Source: Candidatus Bathyarchaeota archaeon (GTDB taxonomy: Archaea; Thermoproteota; Bathyarchaeia; Bathyarchaeales; Bathycorpusculaceae). Taken from it: 64,000 bases of DNA. The position numbers were made by a program, and so were the translations under genes. Under the pieces are notes generated by a model, which made no database searches, was not told the DNA's origin, and worked only from the letters and a program-made list of their open reading frames with translations. Shown here piece after piece: positions 10,076 to 21,162 of the stretch (positions are counted from its first letter, which is position 1; each line of letters starts with the position of its first letter). Where the stretch lies: NCBI GenBank assembly GCA_963833575.1, contig CAWHXY010000004.1:1088001-1152000 (forward strand), in the 5' to 3' direction.

Positions 10076-10570
10076 ATGATCTGCAAATTAACTGCTGACG
10101 ATTTCCAGGATATTCTGACTGTGGTAAATGATGCAGCAATAGCCTACAAAGGTAAAATCCCAATCGATAGATGGAAAACTCCTTACATGACCGCGCAAGA
10201 ATTAAACGAGGAAATCCAAAACGGCATAGAATTTTACGGTTGGAAAGAAAACAAAATTATTCTAGCCGTAATGGGAATTCAACGGGTTAACAATGTCACG
10301 CTAATTAGACATGCCTATACGCTGACAAGCCAACAGAGAAAAGGCCTTGGAGAAAAATTGCTCCAATATTTGCTAAAGTTAGCTGAAACAGCGAAGGTTT
10401 ATGTGGGAACTTGGGAAGCTGCGGATTGGGCGATAAGATTCTATCAAAAACATGGATTCGAGCTTCTTTCAATAGAGGAAAAGAATAAGCTGTTGAAGAG
10501 ATACTGGAGCATTCCGGAGCGGCAGGTCGAAACATCGGTAGTACTTGAACTAAAAAGGCAAGCAAGATGA
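10076..10570 (+). CDS. GNAT family N-acetyltransferase
   Basis: QRKGLGEKLL acetyl-CoA motif, AIRFYQKHGF. Confidence 0.88.
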   Translation: MICKLTADDFQDILTVVNDAAIAYKGKIPIDRWKTPYMTAQELNEEIQNGIEFYGWKENKIILAVMGIQRVNNVTLIRHAYTLTSQQRKGLGEKLLQYLLKLAETAKVYVGTWEAADWAIRFYQKHGFELLSIEEKNKLLKRYWSIPERQVETSVVLELKRQAR

Positions 10571-11628
10571 AAGAAACACTTCTCTTGAAAATTAACCCAG
10601 AAAACCCAGACTTATCTAAAATACAAACAGCTGCCCAGATCATCCAGAACGGCGGTTTAGTGGCTTTTCCGACTGAAACTGTTTATGGATTAGGGGCAGA
10701 CGCACTAAATCCGACAGCAGTTTTAGCACTTTTTGAGGCTAAGAGGAGACCTTTAGATAACCCGCCAATTGTTCATATCGCCGATCCACGCGAAGTTTAC
10801 AAGCTTGCTGAGGACGTCTCAAAGAAGGCTGAGTTGCTTATGAGTAAATTTTGGCCTGGCCCTTTAACTCTGGTTTTCAAGCGTTCAAACATTGTTCTGG
10901 ATGTGACGGTGGCTGGATTAGACACTGTTGCTATTCGAATGCCAAAGCATAAGGTAGCTCTTGCACTTATCAAACAAAGCCGGTGTTCCATAGCTGCGCC
11001 AAGCGCAAATCTTGCGGGAAAACCCAGCCCAACAACCGCCAAACACGTTTACGAAGATCTTAACGGAAGAATCGACGCCATTCTCGACGGAGGACCAACA
11101 AAAATAGGCGTGGAATCCACTGTTTTAGACCTAAGCGTTGATCCTCCCGTGCTTCTTCGTCCAGGAGGAACAACTTTTGAAGCTATAAAACAGGTTCTTA
11201 GCGACGTGAAGCTTCACCCTTTTGTGCAAGCAGAAAAGGAGTTGCCCCTTGAAAAGATGCGGTCTCCTGGAATGAAACATAGACACTATGCACCTAAAGC
11301 TGAAGTCATTTTGGTTGAAGGCAGTGTATCAAAGATTAAAGACAAAATCCAAGAAATAGCTAGTGATTATGCTCTTAAGGGCCTAAAAGTAGGCATTTTA
11401 GCAACAGATGAAACCCAAACCTCATACAAAGCAGATGTGGTTACGAGTGCTGGTAGCCGCTCTAACTTAGCAACTGTTGCCCAAAGTCTATTCCGTCTAC
11501 TTAGGGAAATTGATGAGCGAAACGTTGATGTGATAATCGCTGAAGGGGTGCCTTTTGAAGGAATGGGTTTAGCTGTAATGAACAGGCTTCGCAAAGCATC
11601 AGGCTATCATATAATAAAAGCAGAATAG
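10567..11628 (+). CDS. sua5: Threonylcarbamoyl-AMP synthase with C-terminal SUA5 domain
   Basis: AFPTETVYGLG, KRRP.DNP, WPGPLT, APSAN, PGMKHRHYAP. Confidence 0.95.
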   Translation: MKETLLLKINPENPDLSKIQTAAQIIQNGGLVAFPTETVYGLGADALNPTAVLALFEAKRRPLDNPPIVHIADPREVYKLAEDVSKKAELLMSKFWPGPLTLVFKRSNIVLDVTVAGLDTVAIRMPKHKVALALIKQSRCSIAAPSANLAGKPSPTTAKHVYEDLNGRIDAILDGGPTKIGVESTVLDLSVDPPVLLRPGGTTFEAIKQVLSDVKLHPFVQAEKELPLEKMRSPGMKHRHYAPKAEVILVEGSVSKIKDKIQEIASDYALKGLKVGILATDETQTSYKADVVTSAGSRSNLATVAQSLFRLLREIDERNVDVIIAEGVPFEGMGLAVMNRLRKASGYHIIKAE

Positions 11629-11826
11629 CCTGTAATCGATGAATTAATGGCGAAAAGAAAACTTTTTTCCTTTTGCAGAACAGCTGTTGGCGCAGACTAA
11701 CAGTCACATACTCTTAAATTTTGGACAAACTTGAACTATTGGTATCCATCGAGTCCGGAAATGAGTTGATTTTTCCATTTAGGAATTTCTCAAAATAGAG
11801 AATTAATGAGGAGGTGAAGTGAAGTA

Positions 11827-12384
11827 GTGTCAAGGTCTTATGACCATGATAAAGATTATCTCGAGAAAGTAAAACCAGATTACATGGATGAACTTTCTTC
11901 AAGAGATATGAGAAACATTGATGATCAGGGTTACACGGGCGTAACATTGGAAGATGAGGAAGATGAGCAATGGACCAGTGAAAACCAGTCGCCGATAGCT
12001 GGCAAAATGTCAGGCTCTATGGAGGAATTAGAACGGGTACAGGGACCCGAATTTTCCAAAAGTGATGAAATTCTTGAATGCCTCAAAAACTCTCTTGATT
12101 GCTACCAAGAATGCACCGAAACCCTGACAAGATGCACAGCAATGGGAGGAAAACACGCTGAACCCAAACATCTGAAACTGTTAATGGACTGCGCCAGAAT
12201 ATGCGTTACAAACGCAGATTTTATGCTAAGGAACTCAAATTATTACCAACAAACCTGTAGCATAACTGCCAACATATGTGATGAATGTGCTGACTCATGT
12301 GACACGTTTGACGAAGACTTCATGAAGCAATGTGCAAACGTATGCAGAAGCTGTGCTGAGTCATGTCGAGACATGGTCCGATAA
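11827..12384 (+). CDS. Four-helix-bundle Cys-rich copper storage protein (Csp3/DUF326-like) with acidic N-terminal extension
   Basis: 14 Cys in CxxxC/CxxC spacing over the C-terminal ~105 aa; no signal peptide; GGAGGTGA upstream. Confidence 0.8.
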   Translation: MSRSYDHDKDYLEKVKPDYMDELSSRDMRNIDDQGYTGVTLEDEEDEQWTSENQSPIAGKMSGSMEELERVQGPEFSKSDEILECLKNSLDCYQECTETLTRCTAMGGKHAEPKHLKLLMDCARICVTNADFMLRNSNYYQQTCSITANICDECADSCDTFDEDFMKQCANVCRSCAESCRDMVR

Positions 12385-12440
12385 TATAGGCTATTTTCAA
12401 ATCAATTTGTTATTTGTTACCAACTTAAGGTGGTGATTAT

Positions 12441-12599
12441 GTGCCTCCAAGAGGAATAGAAAATCCAAAGCGAAAACGGCAATATGAACATATTAAAGAG
12501 TCAGAGCTGAAGCGCGGTGCATCGGAAGAAGATGCAGAGCGGATTGCCGCAGCAACTACTAATAAAACCCGAAAAGAAAAGGGTGAAACAGAAACGTAA
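12441..12599 (+). CDS. 52-aa small protein MPPRGIENPKRKRQYEHIKESELKRGASEEDAERIAAATTNKTRKEKGETET (not in ORF track)
   Basis: GTG start after AAGGTGGTGA RBS; KRxRQYEHIKES...AERIAA.T.NK matches a small bacterial family usually labelled 'plasmid stabilization protein'. Confidence 0.75.
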   Translation: MPPRGIENPKRKRQYEHIKESELKRGASEEDAERIAAATTNKTRKEKGETET

Positions 12600-12721
12600 A
12601 ATTGCCAGCTTATTTTCTTGAGCTAGTGTTCGTTAATTAGTTAAGTTGATGAGAAAAATTTATATTTAAATATATGATTGTTGAATTCCGTTATTATCAA
12701 AAATAGAAAATTGGTGAAATT

Positions 12722-14398
12722 ATGTCTCAAGGTGGAGGAAACATTCCAGTTCTAGTACTTAAAGAAGGTACAAACAGAAATAGCGGCCGCGAAGCGCTAA
12801 AAAACAACATTATGGCGGCAAAAATTGTCGCTGAATCGGTAAAAAGTACGCTTGGACCATGCGGTATGGATAAAATGCTCGTTAACAGCATGGGCGACGT
12901 TTCTATAACTAATGACGGCGCAACCATAATGAAAGAGCTAGACATTCAACATCCAGCGGGAAAAATGCTTGTGGAAGTTGCAAAGGCTCAAGACAACGAA
13001 GTTGGCGACGGAACAACAACTGCAGTGGTTTTGGCGGGCGAACTACTTTCAAAAGCTGAAAGCTTAGTTGACAAAAACGTTCATCCAACGGTTATTATTG
13101 AAGGTTATAAGAAAGCTAGCGAGAAAGCTCTCGAAATTTTAGATAAAATCGCAATCCCGATTTCCTTTGAAGATGACAAAACCCTAAGGGATATAGCCAT
13201 CACATCATTATCTAGCAAAGGCATTAACGTTGCAGAAGATCACTTCGCAAAAATCATCGTTGAAGCTGTAAAACAAGTTTCAGAAAAAATCGACGGCAAA
13301 TACGTTGCAGACATAGATCTGATAAAAGTCATTAAAAAACATGGCAAAAGCCTAGACGAAACAGAACTTGTCAAAGGCATGGTTATCGACAAAGAAATCG
13401 CAAGCTCACAAATGCCCAAAATCATTGACGGTGCCAAAATCGTCTTGTTAAACGCTAAGATGGAGATTGAAAAGACAGAGTTTGACGCTAAAATAAACAT
13501 AGAAAGTCCAAATCAAATGCAGGCTTTCCTAGACGAAGAAGAACGCATGCTCAAAGAAATGGTTACTTCAGTTACAAAAGCCGGCGCCAATGTTCTTTTC
13601 TGCGAAAAAGGCATTGACGACATGGCACTTCACTTTCTTGGCAAAGCTGGAGTTTTAGCAGTTAAGAGCGTAAGCAGCAGCGACATAGAAAAGTTATCTA
13701 AAGCTACAAGCGCAAAAATAGTTGCCAGCGTAAAAGATATCTCGGCTGATGTTCTTGGAAAAGCTAAACGTGTTGAAGAAGTAAAAATCGGCGACGACAA
13801 ACTTCTTTACGTCCGAGAGGCCAAAAATCCTAAAGCAGTAACCATCGTTATCCGAGGCGCATCCAATCAAGTTATTGATGAAGCAGAACGCTCACTACAC
13901 GACGGCTTATGCGTTGTTCGCAATGCAATTGAAGACGGCAAAATCGTCGCAGGCGGCGGCGCACCAGAAGCAGAACTATCCAAAAACCTACGCGCCTACG
14001 CAGTAAAAGTCGGAGGACGAGAGCAGCTTGCAGTAGAAGCATTTGCAGACGCAGTTGAAGCAATCCCACTAACTCTAGCAGAAAATGCAGGCTTAGACCC
14101 CATAGACATCATGGTAGCACTCCGAGCACAACACGAGAAACCAGACAGCCAATACTTCGGCATCGAAGTCTCAACAGGCAAAATCAAAAACATGCGCGAG
14201 CTACTAGTCCTCGAACCACTCCGGGTAAAGCAACAAGTAATAAAATCAGCCACAGAAGCAGCAAACATGATAATGAAAATCGACGACTTAATCAGCGTCA
14301 AAGGCGGCAGCAAGATGCCACCAATGCCTCCAGGAGGAATGGGAGGTATGGGCGGAATGGGTGGCATGGGCGGTATGGGCGGCGGAATGCCCTACTAA
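12722..14398 (+). CDS. Thermosome (group II chaperonin) subunit
   Basis: [29 protein letters not shown]; C-terminal GGM tail. Confidence 0.97.
   Translation: MSQGGGNIPVLVLKEGTNRNSGREALKNNIMAAKIVAESVKSTLGPCGMDKMLVNSMGDVSITNDGATIMKELDIQHPAGKMLVEVAKAQDNEVGDGTTTAVVLAGELLSKAESLVDKNVHPTVIIEGYKKASEKALEILDKIAIPISFEDDKTLRDIAITSLSSKGINVAEDHFAKIIVEAVKQVSEKIDGKYVADIDLIKVIKKHGKSLDETELVKGMVIDKEIASSQMPKIIDGAKIVLLNAKMEIEKTEFDAKINIESPNQMQAFLDEEERMLKEMVTSVTKAGANVLFCEKGIDDMALHFLGKAGVLAVKSVSSSDIEKLSKATSAKIVASVKDISADVLGKAKRVEEVKIGDDKLLYVREAKNPKAVTIVIRGASNQVIDEAERSLHDGLCVVRNAIEDGKIVAGGGAPEAELSKNLRAYAVKVGGREQLAVEAFADAVEAIPLTLAENAGLDPIDIMVALRAQHEKPDSQYFGIEVSTGKIKNMRELLVLEPLRVKQQVIKSATEAANMIMKIDDLISVKGGSKMPPMPPGGMGGMGGMGGMGGMGGGMPY
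14333..14389 (+). repeat. 9-bp coding repeat encoding the (GGM)n chaperonin tail
   Basis: GGNGGNATG units in frame with thermosome. Confidence 0.85.
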
Positions 14399-14516
14399 AA
14401 ACCCTTCTTTACTCTTTTTTAATTTTTAAGACGCAAGTTTTCGTCATTTTTCGATTAGATATTTTTAAGTAAAGTTATTATTCACACGCATAGACATTGT
14501 TCGGTATCTCGGAGAG

Positions 14517-15272
14517 TTGGCTTTGAAGCATGTTAAGATAACCGCGTTTGATTGTCCTGATGCTTATTTCAAAACGTTAAACCTTATCTGGAAGGAAGGG
14601 GACGATTTTAAAGTAGGTTACGGCTCCGAAGTTACCGACACCAAGAAACTCAACTTATCAATAGAAATTTCCCATCCTGAGAACCGCCCGATTGTTAGTG
14701 ACAAAGCACCCTGCGACATGAAATATGTGCAGTGGTATGCCTTAACTTACCTTTGGTGCGGCGAAGGAAAACAAGATGAAATTTACACTTATGGCAGCAG
14801 GTTACGTGAACCCGTAGATCAAGTTGAAGAAGCAATCAAAAACTACGTAAAAGAGCAAAGGGACAGGCAAGTTACTATGGTAGTTAGGTTACCTGACGAC
14901 ATTTACAAGATTAATCCAAAAACAAAGGAGAGACATGAGCCGCCCTGCTTAAGCCTCATAGACACGGAAATTCTTAACAGCAAAATGCATTTAACATGTT
15001 ACTTCCGTTCATGGGATGCTTACGCCGGTTTACCAGCTAACATTGCGGGGTTGCAGATGTTTAATGAGGCTTTTGTTTCTGAGATTAACGAGCGGGCAAA
15101 TCTTGGGTTGCAAACAGGCAAATTGATTTTTCACTCCAAAAACTGTCATATTTACAAGCGACAATTCAACCTCGTTAAAGAACTCTTAGAGCCCAAAGAT
15201 AAAGCCAGCAGAATGGCAATGGGCATGCAAGAAACCCCAAAAGAGTTATCGGCGAGAAGTTTTGAGCGATAG
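14517..15272 (+). CDS. thyA: Thymidylate synthase (archaeal ThyA type)
   Basis: YTYG.RL, PPCL catalytic Cys, FRSWD...G.PAN, CHIY. Confidence 0.85.
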   Translation: MALKHVKITAFDCPDAYFKTLNLIWKEGDDFKVGYGSEVTDTKKLNLSIEISHPENRPIVSDKAPCDMKYVQWYALTYLWCGEGKQDEIYTYGSRLREPVDQVEEAIKNYVKEQRDRQVTMVVRLPDDIYKINPKTKERHEPPCLSLIDTEILNSKMHLTCYFRSWDAYAGLPANIAGLQMFNEAFVSEINERANLGLQTGKLIFHSKNCHIYKRQFNLVKELLEPKDKASRMAMGMQETPKELSARSFER

Positions 15273-15585
15273 ACTGGTTCGGGTTAGCAAATGGTTAGAA
15301 TTCAAACGTTTAGTTGACGAGTTGAAACCCAACTCGATTGTTTACAATATTGAGCAAACTGGAATTTCAAAAACAAGGGAGTTTACAAGCTTACGGCTAA
15401 TAATCCCAGCTAAAAACTATTATGTTTATGTTGATTTCCCAAAAGGCGACGCATTGAGGGAAACAGGAATTTCAATTCGCAAAGACGCAACCGGAACGCG
15501 CTGCATAGAAGATGACGACATAAGAGCCTTTCTTAAAAAAGAACTCGACGAGAAGCTGCCTGTTTATTCTTACTGGATAACTTAA
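15262..15585 (+). CDS. Hypothetical protein, translationally coupled to thyA
   Basis: 107-aa ORF overlapping thyA stop. Confidence 0.65.
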   Translation: MSDRLVRVSKWLEFKRLVDELKPNSIVYNIEQTGISKTREFTSLRLIIPAKNYYVYVDFPKGDALRETGISIRKDATGTRCIEDDDIRAFLKKELDEKLPVYSYWIT

Positions 15586-15588
15586 AAG

Positions 15589-16971
15589 CTATTTTATTGT
15601 TGGGTAGCCAAGGTTTGTCCAAGCTGTCATGCCGCCGAGAACGTTGTTGACGTTTTTGTAGCCTGCTTTTTCCAGTATGCTTGCGGCGGTGCTGGCGCGG
15701 TTACCTACTGAACACGTTACTGCGATCGGCTTGTCTTTTGGCAGAGAACCCGTTTTATCTAATAAGTCAGCGAAATGAATGCATTTTGCGCCGTCTATTA
15801 TCCCGTCTTCTTTCCACTCGTTTGGTTCACGAACGTCCAAAACAATAACTTCCTCTTTTTCGAGCTTATTTTTAAGATCAAAGGCCGATATGGTGCCAGT
15901 GTTGGTTATGGGGTTGCCTGCTTCTTGCCACTCGTTCATGCCTCCACATAGGTAACCGCACATATTATCAAACCCTAACCTGCGTAGCCTTGGAACAACA
16001 CTGCTAATGTCGCTGGGTCGTTCTAGAATAAAAACGATGTATTGTTTGGTGTCAAGAAGCCACCCGGGGTAAACGCTGGTTCCGCCAAGCCACATGCTTA
16101 GCGAATTAGGAATATGTGACCCCGCGAAAGCATAAGGCATCCGTGTGTCCATTATCATGACGATGGGTTCTTGAATTTTTTCTTCAAAAGCCGCAAGAGA
16201 AAATGGCTTCGGATACGATAACTCGCTAAGCAAAGGCGGTCCGTTTAGGTTATGCTTTTCCATCTGACGGAAATATCGCGGCACAACCAACTCTTCATTA
16301 CTCATCTTCTCAACAAAACTTTCCCTGCTTAACTGCAGATAGGGATTAGTTTTTTTCTCGTACCCGATGGTGGTTGGCTCTTGTCCGTTTATGCTGTGAC
16401 CGCAAACGCTTCCAGCACCATGAGCCGGATAAATAAGAATATGATCGCCAAGAGGTAAAAGCTTCTCAAAGAGGCTGTTATAGAGTTTTTCAGCTTGAGT
16501 TGATTGAACTGTTTTGCCATAAAGATCTGTTCTTCCCACCGAACCAGCGAAAAGAGTGTCGCCGCTAAAAGCCATCAATGGATCATCGCTCACCGAAGAG
16601 TTGGCAACGTAACATAACGATTCATTTGTGTGCCCCGGAGTATTGAGGACTTTTATTTTGATGCTGCCAACTTTTAAGGTGTCGCCTTCGGCTAAGTTGT
16701 GTTCTCCATACTTGAACGGTAAAGCGTTGCTGTGACCTATTTCTGCTTCGGTCAGGTTTTGGAGTTCAAGCGAGCCGACAACATAGTCTTCATTTCGGTG
16801 AGTTTCAAGAATATATTTGATTTTTATGCAATCTTTTTCGGCAAGTTGAGTGTAAATTTCACAATCGCGGCGTGGATCAATAACTACCGCTTCATTCTCG
16901 TCTGATAAGTAGTAACTATTGTGGGCTAAACCTTCCGACTTTATTATTTCTAGTTTCATCTTATTCGCCAA
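15589..16971 (-). CDS. MBL-fold hydrolase fused to two rhodanese domains (persulfide dioxygenase/sulfurtransferase-like)
   Basis: ETHRNEDY, TPGHT, GDTLF.GSVGRTD, PAHGAGSVC; C-terminal DVREP...CSVGNRA. Confidence 0.9.
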   Translation of the reverse strand: MANKMKLEIIKSEGLAHNSYYLSDENEAVVIDPRRDCEIYTQLAEKDCIKIKYILETHRNEDYVVGSLELQNLTEAEIGHSNALPFKYGEHNLAEGDTLKVGSIKIKVLNTPGHTNESLCYVANSSVSDDPLMAFSGDTLFAGSVGRTDLYGKTVQSTQAEKLYNSLFEKLLPLGDHILIYPAHGAGSVCGHSINGQEPTTIGYEKKTNPYLQLSRESFVEKMSNEELVVPRYFRQMEKHNLNGPPLLSELSYPKPFSLAAFEEKIQEPIVMIMDTRMPYAFAGSHIPNSLSMWLGGTSVYPGWLLDTKQYIVFILERPSDISSVVPRLRRLGFDNMCGYLCGGMNEWQEAGNPITNTGTISAFDLKNKLEKEEVIVLDVREPNEWKEDGIIDGAKCIHFADLLDKTGSLPKDKPIAVTCSVGNRASTAASILEKAGYKNVNNVLGGMTAWTNLGYPTIK

Positions 16972-17114
16972 AACAAAGTTGTTGTCAACCAGTCTTTTTG
17001 TCGGGAGACAAAAATTAGCTGACCCTACAAATATTACAGAATAGATTATAATTTATTTCTTTCCAACGTTAAATCTTATAGCCTTCTAACGAAATATTTG
17101 TGTAGGGGAAGAAC

Positions 17115-17624
17115 ATGGGTCACACTGCAACTTGGAAAGTTCTCGAGGACTTGATGATAGAGGTTAGGAAAAAAGGAGCAATCGTACCTCCTAACGTTCT
17201 TAACGATTTAAGAAGCGCCAAGCTCATGATTAAAATTTCAGAAACAGAAGGTAGCAGAGGCGATGCTGAACAAAAAGTAGAAGAATACCTTGGAAGCGTT
17301 GAGTCATCCCTTATTAATGAAGCTCAAAAAACACTAAGCTCTGAAACAGCTGATCAATGGCTCAGGCGTATAGAAGAAGCCGCTGCAGAAACAAGTGAGG
17401 AAAAAATAGAGGAAAACGCGTTTATCACAGGAGTTCCCAGAGACCAAAAATGGGTAAGAATTGAACCCCACGGTAATTTCACTTCGGAACGGATAAAACA
17501 GATGGTCAAAGAAAACAATCTCTCAGTTAACGCACAAAAAGACGGGCGCCTAGTAGTCTATGGACAACCAGAAGATATCAAAGGGGTCATCAAAAAAATG
17601 ACGACAGAAACAAACAAGAAATAG
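17115..17624 (+). CDS. DUF2096-like archaeal protein
   Basis: WKVLEDL..E..KKG..VP...DLRSAK and G.PRD..WVR patterns. Confidence 0.6.
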   Translation: MGHTATWKVLEDLMIEVRKKGAIVPPNVLNDLRSAKLMIKISETEGSRGDAEQKVEEYLGSVESSLINEAQKTLSSETADQWLRRIEEAAAETSEEKIEENAFITGVPRDQKWVRIEPHGNFTSERIKQMVKENNLSVNAQKDGRLVVYGQPEDIKGVIKKMTTETNKK

Positions 17625-17770
17625 TGGCAAATTAGGTCTTCACCGGCAAAATGCTCAACTCAATTCTAATTATGGATATTTTTGGAAAATCGTTCTTCAA
17701 AAACTCTAAATTATTAGAAAAAGAATTATACTATGGCGTTTATAAAATAATCATAAAATAGTGGTAATTT

Positions 17771-18016
17771 ATGAAATTTGCAGAAATTGCTGTCTTGCTA
17801 AGAGAAATTGTTGATAGGTGTCCCGGTTTAGATGGGAGTACTATTTCGTTGATTCCACAGAAGGCCATGTATCCATTGTACAAGGGATACCACATTCACA
17901 TAAAGGCAAACTTTACTAAAGAAAGTATGAGTGGTCTGAGGAAAATAGTAGAAGGTCATGACCTAGTCATGCAGATAAAGAGCGATTCAGTTGTGGTTTA
18001 CGAGACCAGGTCATAA
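17771..18016 (+). CDS. Small hypothetical protein
   Basis: 81-aa ATG ORF with TATA-like TTTATAAA upstream. Confidence 0.55.
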   Translation: MKFAEIAVLLREIVDRCPGLDGSTISLIPQKAMYPLYKGYHIHIKANFTKESMSGLRKIVEGHDLVMQIKSDSVVVYETRS

Positions 18017-18078
18017 TCGCTTTGTTATTTAGTAATTTTGTTTCGATATGTTTTTTATGATAAGTCGCTAATGCAGTA

Positions 18079-19332
18079 TTGGGAACCATTTTGGTAAAAT
18101 TGCAAGGATTCCAAAAACTTACATTAACAGATCAAGCCCTACAACGCTGGCTTAATGTGCTGCAAATCGGTAAACCTCAAGTAGAAATGGTGTCTTTGCA
18201 GGATGCCTTAGGTCGTGTTTTAGCTGAGGACTTAATTGCACAAGATTCTTTGCCACGATTTGATAAGTCAGCTATGGATGGGTACGCATTAAAATCCGCT
18301 GAAACAATTGGGGCTTCACAATCAAAACCAGCAATTTTCCAATTAACTGACAACCAAGAAATAACAAGCAAGCAAGCTAAGCAAGTTTGGACTGGAAATC
18401 CTATCCCTAAAGGTGCAAACGCTGTAGTGATGCTTGAAAACACTCAAAAAATTGATGGAAAATTGGAAGTTTGGAGCCAACTAGCGCCTTCGGCGAACAT
18501 TTCTAAAATAGGCGAAGACATCAAAAAAGATGAGGTCATGGCCAAAACTGGCACTCGTTTAACTCCTTACCACATTGGACTATCTGCTGCATTAGGATAT
18601 ACTGAACTAAAGGTGGCGAAGAAACCAAAGATTGGCATTTTAGCCACAGGAAACGAACTTGCAGAAGTGGGCACTCAGCTTTCAGGTGGCTTAATTTATG
18701 ATTCAAACAAAGTAATGATTTCAGCTGTTTGCCGGGAACTTGGGGCAGAAACAACTGATTTTGGCATAAGCAAAGACGACATCGACGAAATCGCTATTGT
18801 AATCAAAAAAGCCTTAGAAACACAAGATGCTGTCATTACAACAGGTGGTACAAGTGTTGGAGGATTAGACTTGGTGCCTGATGCGGTAAATAAGATTGGA
18901 AAACCCGGCGTAATTGTTCATGGTGTTGCACTTAGACCTGCGATGCCGACAGCTGTTGCTGCTCTGGAAGGTAAACCTGTTCTGATTTTGTCAGGCAATC
19001 CTGTAGCAGCGCTAATTGGTTTTGAAGTTTTTGGTAGACCAATGGTTTGCTCGATGCTTGGCATGACCAAAACAGAGCCAAGACCCATGTTGAAGGCTAC
19101 TTTAGCCCGAAGAGTTGCTAGTGTTCTTGGAAGAAAAACTTACGTCAGGGTTTGTGTAGTCTTTAAGGATGGCGAATTTATGGCTGAGCCGGTTAGTGCC
19201 AAAGGTTCAGGATCAATATCTACTATGACTCAAAGCAATGGGTTTGTTATTGTTCCGGAAAATCGTGAAGGCGTCAGCGAAGGCGAAACAGTTGTAGTTC
19301 ACCTGTTTGGTATTTTGGAGGTTCAGAATTAA
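18079..19332 (+). CDS. moeA: Molybdopterin molybdotransferase MoeA
   Basis: SAMDGYA, TGNEL, TTGGTSVG, LSGNP. Confidence 0.93.
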   Translation: MGTILVKLQGFQKLTLTDQALQRWLNVLQIGKPQVEMVSLQDALGRVLAEDLIAQDSLPRFDKSAMDGYALKSAETIGASQSKPAIFQLTDNQEITSKQAKQVWTGNPIPKGANAVVMLENTQKIDGKLEVWSQLAPSANISKIGEDIKKDEVMAKTGTRLTPYHIGLSAALGYTELKVAKKPKIGILATGNELAEVGTQLSGGLIYDSNKVMISAVCRELGAETTDFGISKDDIDEIAIVIKKALETQDAVITTGGTSVGGLDLVPDAVNKIGKPGVIVHGVALRPAMPTAVAALEGKPVLILSGNPVAALIGFEVFGRPMVCSMLGMTKTEPRPMLKATLARRVASVLGRKTYVRVCVVFKDGEFMAEPVSAKGSGSISTMTQSNGFVIVPENREGVSEGETVVVHLFGILEVQN

Positions 19333-20579
19333 TGTTTAGGAAACTTATGACATTTGATGAGGCGCAACGAGAGATTAGAGACCAGTTTAAACCCTTTTTT
19401 TTAGGGGAAGAAGAAGCTGTATTACTTGAAGCTTACAATCGGGTTTTAAACGAAGAAATAGTTTCAACGCTTGATATTCCACCGTTTAATCGTTCAACTG
19501 TTGATGGCTATGCAGTGAAGGCTGAAGATACTTTTGAAGCAGACGAAAACCAACCAGCAATTTTGAGGGTTTCTGGCACCGTGAACATCGGTGAGCAACC
19601 AAAGGTCGTTTTAGCCAAGGGTGAAGCGGTTGAAATTGTTACTGGCGCACCAATTCCTGAAGGAGCAAATGCCGTTGTAATGGTTGAAGATACTGAGAGA
19701 GAAAGCGACGAACTACATGTTTTCAGCACAGTGACCGTTAATGAGAATGTAATGAAGAAAGGATCAGACATAAAAGAAGGCACAATGGTGCTGAAAAAAG
19801 GACAAGTTTTGGGTTCTTCAGAGATCGGTGTTTTGGCTGCTTTGGGTTTAACTAAAGTTAAAGTTTTAAAAATGCCCATAATTGCTGTTTTGTCAACAGG
19901 CGGAGAGATCATAGAGCCGGGCAAGTTCTTGCCCGCAGGAAAAATCTATGATATCAACGCATATAGCTTAAGCACCGCGGTAATTGAAAGCGGAGCGAAA
20001 CCAGTTTACTTCGGTGTTGTTCCAGATGATAAAGCAGCCTTATCTAAAGCTTTACTGAATGCTGTCGCTTCATCAGACATGGTGATTACTTCAGGGGGTG
20101 TCTCAGTTGGTCCACGAGACTACACACCTCAAATCGTTGATTCACTGGGCAAGCCCGGAATAGTTGTTTATGGTATAGCAGTTAAGCCTGGTAAACCCAC
20201 AACTGTTGGGTTTTTAGGAGATAAACCTGTTTTTTCTTTGCCTGGTCATCCCACTTCTGCTTTGTTAATTTTTTACTTGCTTGCCAGACCTTTAATTTTG
20301 CAGTTAGCTGGCCGACCAGTAACACCAATGAAAATGGTTAGAGCTTTTGCTGGCTCACGGATGTTTAGTGCGAAAGGGAGACGAACATTTGTTATGGTTA
20401 AGTTAGAATTCGACAAAGATCTCAGGTTGCTTGCTGAACCCGTAGAGTCTGGTGCGTCTGGAGCGATCACAACTTTAGCGAAGGCTGACGGATTTGTCGA
20501 AATTCCTGAAAATCAGCAGTTTGTTGATGCAGATGAAGAAGTTGCTGTTATGCTTTTCCGCAATTCTGCAAGGGCCTAA
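19332..20579 (+). CDS. moeA: Molybdopterin molybdotransferase MoeA, second paralog
   Basis: STVDGYA, TSGGVSVG, KPGKP, LPGHP. Confidence 0.93.
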   Translation: MFRKLMTFDEAQREIRDQFKPFFLGEEEAVLLEAYNRVLNEEIVSTLDIPPFNRSTVDGYAVKAEDTFEADENQPAILRVSGTVNIGEQPKVVLAKGEAVEIVTGAPIPEGANAVVMVEDTERESDELHVFSTVTVNENVMKKGSDIKEGTMVLKKGQVLGSSEIGVLAALGLTKVKVLKMPIIAVLSTGGEIIEPGKFLPAGKIYDINAYSLSTAVIESGAKPVYFGVVPDDKAALSKALLNAVASSDMVITSGGVSVGPRDYTPQIVDSLGKPGIVVYGIAVKPGKPTTVGFLGDKPVFSLPGHPTSALLIFYLLARPLILQLAGRPVTPMKMVRAFAGSRMFSAKGRRTFVMVKLEFDKDLRLLAEPVESGASGAITTLAKADGFVEIPENQQFVDADEEVAVMLFRNSARA

Positions 20580-20584
20580 GGAGT

Positions 20585-20926
20585 TTATTTCTTAAGCAAG
20601 ATTGAAACTGAAAATACTACTATCAAGGCTGTGTAAGCAATCATGGATATGCCCACTAAGGCATTGCTAAATCCTACCGCGTACAGAGTGTACAATGAAA
20701 AGGCTAATCCGGCAACAAGTAAAATGAACAGTAGCCAAGGTGCCCAGCCTCTATTAGTGAAAAGACCATAAGCCACGATTAAACTTAGAATACCAAGTAA
20801 CCCCAATTGTGGTGCAAAAGAAGTTAAAGGCAAAAATACCAAAAGGATTATTCCTGAAACTGCATAGAAAGCTAGAGATGCTAATTCGATTCGATTGAAA
20901 CTTTTTAGTTTAGTCGCTATGGTCAA
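20585..20926 (-). CDS. Small four-TM membrane protein
   Basis: 113 aa, four hydrophobic segments. Confidence 0.7.
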   Translation of the reverse strand: MTIATKLKSFNRIELASLAFYAVSGIILLVFLPLTSFAPQLGLLGILSLIVAYGLFTNRGWAPWLLFILLVAGLAFSLYTLYAVGFSNALVGISMIAYTALIVVFSVSILLKK

Positions 20927-21162
20927 TTGAATTCGCCTTTTACCTTAAGCAGTATGGGTATAACTAATAAATTTTTGGAATGCTGCTACAGCAAGTTAAA
21001 ACTATTTATGTGAGATTATAAACCTGACAATTCTTGGCTAACTCGATTGATTATTTACGAATTTACTTTGTTTCAAACGGGTTTTTCTTTTTGTTGAAGT
21101 CATCGAAAAGGTTTAGAGTAGGATTTGGCGAATACCACAGATGAGAGGATTGAAATTAAGAT

